Below are positions 57,072 through 64,000 of a stretch of 64,000 nt of DNA, in pieces. The stretch spans positions 2,850-66,849 of the forward strand of contig CAYFWF010000043.1 in the NCBI GenBank assembly GCA_964346815.1, written 5' to 3'. Position 1 is the stretch's first letter; each line of letters starts with the position of its first letter. This stretch comes from an uncultured Eubacteriales bacterium. GTDB lineage: Bacteria > Acidobacteriota > Aminicenantia > Aminicenantales > Aminicenantaceae. The notes under the pieces are model-generated. The model had not been told where the DNA came from. It was given only the letters and a program-made list of their open reading frames with translations, and did no database searches. The translations under genes and the position numbers were made by a program.

Positions 57072-58559
57072 ATGGCCATGAAGGTCATTCTTGCGGGATA
57101 CAATGTCGATAGCACGGTCATCGAGGAACTCAAGAAGACAAGCCCTCCGCGGAATGACATAACACCGGAGACTCTCTCTGCCAGCTATGCGCGTATCTCC
57201 CGCGATCCCCGTCCGATCGACAAACTCCGTGCTGAGGCCAGAGCCGAAGTAGAGAGAGCGCGGAGATCGAATCAGAACATCATCTTTAGGATGGGCCATC
57301 ACTCTGTAGCCGAGCATGCTGTTTTTAATTTTGATATTCTGGGAGTTAGCCGACTGGCTTTGGAGGAGATAGAAAAATTCCGGCTTTGCTCCTATACGGA
57401 AAAATCTCAGCGTTATATCAAGTTGAAGAATGATTTTGTGATCCCGGAAGAAATAGAGAAGGCAGGTTTGAAGAGAATATTTGTAGAGACAGTCAGGGCA
57501 CAAAATTCGCTTTATCATAAGCTTTACCAGAAATTGAAGCCACATATTTTTGCGAAACACAAAGACCTGGCTGAAGATCCGAGAAAACACTCCTTGCTGA
57601 ACGGTTGGGCTAAGGAGGATGCCCGGTATGTGGTCAGCCTAGCCACCCAGGGGCAGGTGGGCTTGACTTTGAATGGACGTAATCTGGAATTTTTTATCCG
57701 CCGATTCTCCGCTAAAAAATTGGCCGAACTCAAGGAACTGAATCAAAAGATCTATGCGCTTGCCAAAGAAGTAGCCCCATCGATTATTCTCTTCACCGGG
57801 GCCAGCGATTTTGATACAGAAACCTATGGCCGGTTAGAAGCGAGAGCGAACGAATTCATTGGTTTTAAAAATGAAGCCGAAAAAAATACAGTCCAGCTTA
57901 TGACATTTACGCCAGATGCAGATGACCGCATCGTGGCCTCCCTTTTGCATACATCGTCCTCTCTCTCTTATGATGCCTGTCTCAAAAATTCCAAGCGATT
58001 GAGCTTCGAGAGAAAAAAGGAATTTATTGAATTGGCCTTCCAACAAATGGAATTTTATGACAGTGTACTCCGAGAATTCGAGTACGTAGATCTTACCTTC
58101 GATTTGATCATCTCTGCCACCTGTTTTGCCCAGCTCAAGCGCCATAGAATGGCTACGATAACGACTCAGAAATACAATCCTGTGCTCGGAGTGACCGTTC
58201 CCCCTTCCGTCGAAGAAGTGGGGGATAAAAATGGATACCTCGAGTTGATTGCCAGGACGAATGATGTGCATTCACTCCTTAGGAACAGATTAGGACAAGG
58301 AGCGGAATATGTGCTGACAAATGCCCACCGGAAGAGAGTATTGATCAAGGTCAATGCGCGGGAGCTGTATCATATTTCCCGCCTGCGAGAAGACAGGACT
58401 GCCCAATGGGACATCTGTCAGGTCGTAGGAAAAATGACTGAACTGGCTAGACAGGTCATGCCTCTAACCTTTCTCCTTATCGGCGGTAAAGACAATTATT
58501 CCGACGTCTATAAGAAGGTATTCGGAAGGAACCCGAAATTCGATCCCCCGAACCTGTAG
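57072..58559 (+). CDS. thyX: flavin-dependent thymidylate synthase ThyX, tandem two-domain form
   Basis: The N-half has a ThyX-like HHSVAEHAVFNF...SQRY motif but lacks RHR. The C-half has KRHRMAT but TQKY in place of SQRY. No RBS lies before the ATG at 57072 or 57078. Confidence 0.7.
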   Translation: MAMKVILAGYNVDSTVIEELKKTSPPRNDITPETLSASYARISRDPRPIDKLRAEARAEVERARRSNQNIIFRMGHHSVAEHAVFNFDILGVSRLALEEIEKFRLCSYTEKSQRYIKLKNDFVIPEEIEKAGLKRIFVETVRAQNSLYHKLYQKLKPHIFAKHKDLAEDPRKHSLLNGWAKEDARYVVSLATQGQVGLTLNGRNLEFFIRRFSAKKLAELKELNQKIYALAKEVAPSIILFTGASDFDTETYGRLEARANEFIGFKNEAEKNTVQLMTFTPDADDRIVASLLHTSSSLSYDACLKNSKRLSFERKKEFIELAFQQMEFYDSVLREFEYVDLTFDLIISATCFAQLKRHRMATITTQKYNPVLGVTVPPSVEEVGDKNGYLELIARTNDVHSLLRNRLGQGAEYVLTNAHRKRVLIKVNARELYHISRLREDRTAQWDICQVVGKMTELARQVMPLTFLLIGGKDNYSDVYKKVFGRNPKFDPPNL

Positions 58560-58570
58560 AATGATAGACT

Positions 58571-59842
58571 CTAGTTCTTCTTCTTGATTTCTTCTATGTC
58601 AAGTTTATAAAATTTCTTTTTTCCAATTTTTATAGTGAATGTGTTCTTCTTGCTTAAATCTTTTTTAGTTTCGAGATCTTCGACTCTTTGACCCTCGATA
58701 TAGAATCCTCCTTGACGGAGTATTCTTTTTGCCTCACCACGAGAAGGAAAAATATTTCGCTTTACCAGGAAATCAATAAGTTCTCGAATTTCTACTTTTG
58801 AGGAATCAGAAACCTTTAATGTTTCAGAAACAGGTATGGCCAAATCTTCGGGAGCTTTTTTTTGTTTAAACACTCTTTCGAATTCTTGAGCGACTCTTTC
58901 TGCCTCTTTCTTGCTCCAGAAATCGGTAACGATCAATTTCGCCAGCTTCGATTTGAGATCCTTGGGATTGATCTTTTCCTGCCGAATCTCTTTGCGCCAC
59001 GCTTCAATCTGGGGAAGCGAGATATCGGTGAGGAGTTCATAGTAACGGAACATCAGCGGATCTGAAATAGACATGATTTTTCCATAAATCGCATTCGGGG
59101 GCTCGGTTATCCCCACATAGTTGTTCAGGGATTTACTCATTTTTTCTGCGCCGTCCAGACCTTCGAGCAGGGGCATCGTCATAACAATTTGGGGGTCTTG
59201 TCGAAACTCTCTTTGAATATCTCGGCCCACAAGAAGATTGAATTTTTGGTCTGTGCCCCCGAGCTCAACATCAGCCTTGAGGGCTACGGAGTCGTAGGCT
59301 TGCATAATGGGATAAAGGATTTCATGGAGCGATATGGGCTGCCCGCTTTTCAAACGGTTGGAAAAATCGTCCCTTTCGAGAATCCTGGCTACGGTGTACT
59401 TGGAGGTCAGTTTGATTATATCGAAGCTGGTTAGCTTCCCAAGCCAGCGAGAGTTAAAATCTATGAGGGTTTTATCTGGATCCAGGATTTTAAAAATCTG
59501 GCTTTTATATGTTTCGGCATTCCTGTTGATCTGCTCTCTGGTCATTGCGGGGCGGGTTGTCGATTGTCCTGAAGGATCGCCGATAAGACCTGTGAAGTCA
59601 CCAATCAAGAAAATGACATCATGCCCCATGTCTTGAAAATGCTTCATCTTGCGAATGAGGACCGTGTGTCCAAGATGGATATCAGGAGCAGTGGGATCGA
59701 ATCCAGCTTTGATTCGTAGAGGCGTTCCATCTCTGAGCGAATGCTCGAGTTTGGACTTGAGTTCGTCCTCTTGGATAATTTCCATGCAGCCTTTTCTGAG
59801 ATATTCGAATTGGCCTTCGACCGATCTTCTGGTCCTTTCCAT
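58571..59842 (-). CDS. tyrS: tyrosine--tRNA ligase
   Basis: HLGH (HIGH) and KMSKS motifs. GDFTGLIGDPSG motif. C-terminal S4-like domain. 423 aa. Confidence 0.9.
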   Translation of the reverse strand: MERTRRSVEGQFEYLRKGCMEIIQEDELKSKLEHSLRDGTPLRIKAGFDPTAPDIHLGHTVLIRKMKHFQDMGHDVIFLIGDFTGLIGDPSGQSTTRPAMTREQINRNAETYKSQIFKILDPDKTLIDFNSRWLGKLTSFDIIKLTSKYTVARILERDDFSNRLKSGQPISLHEILYPIMQAYDSVALKADVELGGTDQKFNLLVGRDIQREFRQDPQIVMTMPLLEGLDGAEKMSKSLNNYVGITEPPNAIYGKIMSISDPLMFRYYELLTDISLPQIEAWRKEIRQEKINPKDLKSKLAKLIVTDFWSKKEAERVAQEFERVFKQKKAPEDLAIPVSETLKVSDSSKVEIRELIDFLVKRNIFPSRGEAKRILRQGGFYIEGQRVEDLETKKDLSKKNTFTIKIGKKKFYKLDIEEIKKKN

Positions 59843-59857
59843 CTTTAATAGACACCT

Positions 59858-60508
59858 TTATTTGATGATAACCCGTCTTCCTCTGACTTCCAAGCGGCCC
59901 TCGAAATAGAGCCTCACTGCTTCGGGATAGATTATGTGCTCTTCTTTGAGGATGCGTTCGCTCAGAGATTCCTCAGTGTCGTCCTGAAGCACAGGTACCA
60001 CAGCCTGCAGAATGATAGGACCCATATCCACATCTGCAGTGACAAGGTGGACTGTTGCTCCCGAATACCTGACTCCCCAGTCAATGGCTTTCTGCTGGAC
60101 GTGAAGTCCCGGGAAGGAGGGAAGAAGTGCAGGGTGGATGTTCATGATTCTATTTTTGAATTCATTGCAGAAAAGAGGAGTCAGGATTTTCATGTACCCA
60201 GCCAGACAGATCAGGTCGACGTCTCTTTTTTTGACTTCATGGATGACTGCTCGATCATACGCTTCGCGGGATTCATATTTTTTTGGATTCAAATAAAGTG
60301 TTTCGAGATTTTTTTCTTGGGCGATTTTTAACCCCAAGGCTTCCTTTTTGTTGCTGAAGACCAGGACAATTTCGCCGTTGATGGTTCCTGAAAGGATGGC
60401 GTCATGGATGGCTTTGAAATTCGAGCCACGACCAGAAAGAAATACGGCAATCCTCCCTTTTTTATTGGGACTTTGAAAAACTTCTTCTGTCATTTTGTTA
60501 TCCTGCAT
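59858..60508 (-). CDS. purN: phosphoribosylglycinamide formyltransferase
   Basis: 216 aa. FLSGRGSNF N-terminal motif, and a formyltransferase core with HPALLPSFPG. Confidence 0.85.
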   Translation of the reverse strand: MQDNKMTEEVFQSPNKKGRIAVFLSGRGSNFKAIHDAILSGTINGEIVLVFSNKKEALGLKIAQEKNLETLYLNPKKYESREAYDRAVIHEVKKRDVDLICLAGYMKILTPLFCNEFKNRIMNIHPALLPSFPGLHVQQKAIDWGVRYSGATVHLVTADVDMGPIILQAVVPVLQDDTEESLSERILKEEHIIYPEAVRLYFEGRLEVRGRRVIIK

Positions 60509-60516
60509 ATGAAATT

Positions 60517-61383
60517 TTAAAATCTGATCATGAATCCTATTTTAGCGGAAAAACCGCTGAAATCAACACAGGCTTCGGAAACAGAGCGAAAATTAGTGCC
60601 AGACGGCTTTTCAGCCAGGGTTTTGATTTTGGCCTGCCAAAATTCCAGGTCAGGATGATACTCCTCGAAATAATAGAGTGTGCCCTTTGTGCCCTGCTCG
60701 TTTTCGACGGAAAATTCTCGAATCTTGGCATTTCTGGCGATGCCTTCGACAAAAAAACGCACACTCGTACCTGAATCGTACATAAGGCCGAGGCCTCCGA
60801 GCAGAATCGAACCCGATGCAGAAGCTTTGTGCAGCTCAGAATAGTTGAAGTTGTTCGCTGCTAAGAACTTGCTGCCTTCCCTGTTTACATATTTGGCCCA
60901 CACCAGTCCAAACCCTCCTCTAAAGAACATTCTGAGATTGCCTGCCAAGGGAATGAAGTAGTAGCCGGATAAGGTGACAGGATAAGCGGCTACAGTCAGG
61001 GGGAAAACTTCACTGAGGGTTCCGCCTGGCCTCTCGACTTTCACCTCTGCCTTGGCTTCGTTCATGTCACTGTAGATATATCCTGCTCCTAATCCCAAGC
61101 TCATATGAGGTGCGAAAGAAAAGTGGAGCTCTCCTTCAAGATCGACGCCTGAGTGCAGGGTCCCGACATTCTTTCCGAGGAACTCCCAATTTTGTTTTTC
61201 CTGTGCTTCGACCTTTTTCCACTCAGCCCAGGAATCTAACGAACGGTGAACTTCAGAGAGTTTGAGATAAGCATAACCTCCCGATATCTTGAAGTGAAGG
61301 TCCAAGCCCTGCGCAGAATCCAAAAAGGCCAACAGAAAAATCAGGATGCGGAAGATCCCCGGTGAGGCGAGTTTTTTCTTCAT
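60517..61383 (-). CDS. putative outer-membrane beta-barrel protein
   Basis: Start at MKKKLASPG, with signal peptide. Alternating beta-strand pattern. C-terminal …GFMIRF ends with an aromatic residue, as in the BAM targeting signature. Confidence 0.5.
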   Translation of the reverse strand: MKKKLASPGIFRILIFLLAFLDSAQGLDLHFKISGGYAYLKLSEVHRSLDSWAEWKKVEAQEKQNWEFLGKNVGTLHSGVDLEGELHFSFAPHMSLGLGAGYIYSDMNEAKAEVKVERPGGTLSEVFPLTVAAYPVTLSGYYFIPLAGNLRMFFRGGFGLVWAKYVNREGSKFLAANNFNYSELHKASASGSILLGGLGLMYDSGTSVRFFVEGIARNAKIREFSVENEQGTKGTLYYFEEYHPDLEFWQAKIKTLAEKPSGTNFRSVSEACVDFSGFSAKIGFMIRF

Positions 61384-61412
61384 GCGAGGAGTCTCATGCA
61401 TGGGTTTTCGGT

Positions 61413-63620
61413 TTACTCGACCTTGAAAACATCTGGAATGGCCTGTTTCCAAGCCTTGAATGCGACATGGACCGGGAGGTCAATTATCTTTTTCTCACGG
61501 ATGTGAATCACCATCTCTCTACCCGTAGTTTTTCCGATTTCAGAAACGGAGACATTCCGGCTCTCGGCGAGTGCGAGGAATTTGCCCTTATTTTTTGGCT
61601 CAACCGTAACGACGATCCTTGATTGCGATTCTCCGAAGAGCAAAGCATCCTCGCGAATCTGTTCCTTCAAATGCAGGTGCCAGCCGATTTTGTTTTCGCT
61701 CAAAAAGGAACACTCGGCCAGACATACTGCCAATCCTCCCTCAGAAACATCATGGGCCGAACACAAAAGCTTCCCATCAATGGCTTCCAGGCACACCTCG
61801 TGAACCTTTTTTTCCTTCTCCAGGTTGATTTGGGGTGGCAGTCCTCTTTCCATATTCCATATAGACTTTAGGTATTCAGAGCCGCCAATTTCATCTTTGT
61901 TTTGTCCTATAAGAAAGATCAAATCTTCTTCTCGTTTGAAACCTGGGCTGATGGCTTTCTCTATGTCTTTGACCAATCCCACTATCCCCAGCACTGGAGT
62001 TGGATAAATGGATTCGCCTTCCGTATCATTGTAAAAGCTCACGTTTCCACCGGTAACGGGTATCCCGAATGCTTGGCAGGCCGATGAGATACCTTCTATC
62101 GCTTCTTTGAACTGCCACATGATTCCGGGTTTTTCTGGATTCCCAAAATTCAGGCAGTTGGTGACTCCAATCGGACGAGCTCCAACGCAGGCCAGATTTC
62201 TGCAAGCTTCTGCAACCGCTAATTTTCCCCCTGTTCGAGGATCGAGATAAGTATAAAGGGAATTCCCATCCAATGTGATAGCGAGGGCCATTTTTTTATT
62301 TTTCAATCTCAGGAGTGCTGCGTCGGCACCGGGCAGGAAGACTGTATTGATTTGAACCATATGGTCATACTGACGAAACACCCATTGTTTGTCTGCAAGA
62401 GAAGGGGTGGAGAGCAAATCGAGGAATGTTTGATTCCAATCCTCTGGAAGAGGGACCTTTCCCAGTTGAGCCGCTGATTCGAGGTAGGGAGGGACAGCGC
62501 TCTCCCTTTTGTACACTGGACAAAGATCAACGACTGCCTTTACAGGAATATCCACTACGATTTCACCTTTGAATTTGACTTTGAGCTTCTCGTCTGCAGT
62601 CACGCGGCCGATAATGACCGCATCCAGATCCCATTTCGTAAAAATGTTCTGCACCTCCTTAACCTTATCTTTCCTGGCCACTAACAACATCCTTTCCTGC
62701 GACTCTGAAAGCATGATTTCGTAAGGGCTCATGCCTTCTTCTCTTTGAGGGACAAGGTCCAGATCTATTTCGATTCCAGAATTTGCGTTTGAGGCCATTT
62801 CGGTGGAAGAACAGGTCAGCCCCGCAGCCCCCATGTCTTGAATGCCCACGATCAAATCCTTACTCATGACTTCCAGACAGGCTTCCAGTAAGAGCTTTTC
62901 TTTGAACGGGTCTCCCACCTGTACATTTGGCCTTTTCTGTTCTAGATCCTCGCCAAACTCGGCCGAGGCCATGGTGGCTCCATGAATACCGTCTCTTCCG
63001 GTTTTGGACCCCATATAGAGCACGGGATTTCCCTCGCCCTCCGCCTTGGCATAGAAAATCGCGTCTTTCTCGCATATGCCAAGACAAAAGACATTCACGA
63101 GAGGATTGAGAGAATAACACGAATTAAAAGTCATCTCCCCCCCGACTGTTGGGACACCCATGCAGTTTCCGTACCCTGCTATTCCCGATATGACGCCTTC
63201 TGTGATGGACCTGTTCCTTGGGCCGGTCAAAGGTCCGAAACGGAGCGAGTCCATCAGGGCGATGGGTCTTGCTCCCATGGTGAAGATATCTCTCAGGATC
63301 CCCCCGACTCCTGTAGCTGCTCCCTGGTATGGTTCAATAAATGAGGGATGGTTGTGGGATTCAATTTTGAAGACAGCTGCAAGACCTTTTCCTATATCCA
63401 GGATGCCTGCATTTTCCCCGGGCCCTTGGATGACATTCTTACCAGAAGTAGGAAGTTTTTGCAGGTGAACTTTGGAGCTTTTATAACTGCAGTGTTCAGA
63501 CCACATGAGTGAAAAAATACCCAGTTCCGTAATATTGGGTTCCCTTCCGATAAGCTCGACAATCTTTTCAAATTCCCGCTCTGTGAGGTTGTGTTTTTCC
63601 AAAATTTTCTTATCGATCAT
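61413..63620 (-). CDS. purL: phosphoribosylformylglycinamidine synthase subunit PurL
   Basis: 735 aa. PurL/AIRS-domain motifs and typical N-terminus. Confidence 0.95.
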   Translation of the reverse strand: MIDKKILEKHNLTEREFEKIVELIGREPNITELGIFSLMWSEHCSYKSSKVHLQKLPTSGKNVIQGPGENAGILDIGKGLAAVFKIESHNHPSFIEPYQGAATGVGGILRDIFTMGARPIALMDSLRFGPLTGPRNRSITEGVISGIAGYGNCMGVPTVGGEMTFNSCYSLNPLVNVFCLGICEKDAIFYAKAEGEGNPVLYMGSKTGRDGIHGATMASAEFGEDLEQKRPNVQVGDPFKEKLLLEACLEVMSKDLIVGIQDMGAAGLTCSSTEMASNANSGIEIDLDLVPQREEGMSPYEIMLSESQERMLLVARKDKVKEVQNIFTKWDLDAVIIGRVTADEKLKVKFKGEIVVDIPVKAVVDLCPVYKRESAVPPYLESAAQLGKVPLPEDWNQTFLDLLSTPSLADKQWVFRQYDHMVQINTVFLPGADAALLRLKNKKMALAITLDGNSLYTYLDPRTGGKLAVAEACRNLACVGARPIGVTNCLNFGNPEKPGIMWQFKEAIEGISSACQAFGIPVTGGNVSFYNDTEGESIYPTPVLGIVGLVKDIEKAISPGFKREEDLIFLIGQNKDEIGGSEYLKSIWNMERGLPPQINLEKEKKVHEVCLEAIDGKLLCSAHDVSEGGLAVCLAECSFLSENKIGWHLHLKEQIREDALLFGESQSRIVVTVEPKNKGKFLALAESRNVSVSEIGKTTGREMVIHIREKKIIDLPVHVAFKAWKQAIPDVFKVE

Positions 63621-63711
63621 GTTTGGTCTGCTCCAACAATACGATACATCCTGAAAGTTGCGAATAACCGAGCGCCGACTTTAAGCCCGCGCCATCTTAT
63701 TTTCATTTTTT

Positions 63712-64000
63712 TCAAGCTTGTTGAAAGTGATGAATGATCGATTCGAAGATAATCTGTCCATCATTGCTTCCAAGAAGTGATTCGGATGCTCTTTCAGGAT
63801 GAGGCATCACTCCCAAAACGTTTCTCTGTTCATTGGCCAGGCCTGCTATGTTCTCGATTGAACCGTTGACATTTGCCTCTTCTGTGATTCGGCCCTCCTG
63901 GTTTGCATATCGGAAGACAATTTGTCCATTCTTTTTGATCTTCTCAACCGTTTCAGGAGGAGCATAGTAGTTGCCGTCAAAATGAGCGACCGGCATTTTG
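63712..64000 (-). CDS. purQ: phosphoribosylformylglycinamidine synthase glutaminase subunit PurQ (C-terminal part; gene continues beyond the window)
   Basis: The C-terminal sequence …VLGVMPHPERA… is the conserved PurQ His-Glu region. The 5' end is truncated by the window edge. Confidence 0.8.
   Translation of the reverse strand, partial: KMPVAHFDGNYYAPPETVEKIKKNGQIVFRYANQEGRITEEANVNGSIENIAGLANEQRNVLGVMPHPERASESLLGSNDGQIIFESIIHHFQQA

Noticed and set aside
1-64000. Scan for tRNA, rRNA, CRISPR arrays, IS elements and integrases
   Set aside because: No T-loop-like GGTTCGAATCC-type motifs occur in intergenic gaps. There are no regularly spaced direct repeats and no transposase or integrase-like ORFs. 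The only repeat structure is the two-unit tandem at 16.4 kb.

Overview
This 64-kb window is densely packed with bacterial chromosomal genes and looks ordinary in organisation. I called about 65 CDSs, almost all with recognisable families. I found no rRNA, tRNA, CRISPR array, transposase, integrase or obvious phage gene, and GC looks moderate by eye. Four-base ATGA start/stop overlaps, suggesting translational coupling, recur at ntrY/ntrX, ftsE/ftsX, korA/korB and nifS/iscU.

Gene content points to a strict or facultative anaerobe that lives on peptides:
- A run of secreted or lipoprotein peptidases (S9, M14, amidohydrolase, M24, S46) sits at 6.7-22.5 kb.
- A glutamate dehydrogenase, a Na+:alanine/glycine symporter and a two-subunit 2-oxoacid:ferredoxin oxidoreductase are present.
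- Anaerobe-type genes include desulforedoxin, rubredoxin with its reductase, two rubrerythrin-like proteins, a class II B12-dependent ribonucleotide reductase (RNR), RtcB/archease, a flavin-dependent ThyX and a NifS/IscU/Nfu/TusA Fe-S assembly set.

Other blocks are:
- ndk and a large PAS/GAF-GGDEF sensor
- a bactofilin gene lying divergent to a four-gene cluster of minor pseudopilins that is orphaned from any type II secretion or type IV pilus machinery
- mgtE and recO
- an NtrY/NtrX-like two-component pair preceded by a RodZ-like HTH membrane protein
- nfi
- ftsEX preceded by two small coupled membrane proteins
- fpg
- purA and alr
- nadA and nth
- a lone AmmeMemoRadiSam-type radical SAM gene in an operon with pncB, archease and rtcB
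- tyrS
- purN and purL, with purQ running off the end of the window

The most unusual items are:
- a small Lys-rich protein at 42447-42755 whose core copies the Cys4 knuckle of desulforedoxin but is flanked by histone-H1-like KKTAKK tails
- a canonical 39-aa desulforedoxin and a 53-aa rubredoxin that the >=60-aa ORF track misses
- an imperfect ~120-bp tandem repeat with hairpin potential in the convergent intergenic region at 16.42-16.63 kb
- a tandem two-domain ThyX with complementary motif decay
- an orphan radical SAM gene beside RNA-repair genes

All functional calls rest on motif and family recognition from the translated ORFs. No database search was possible.
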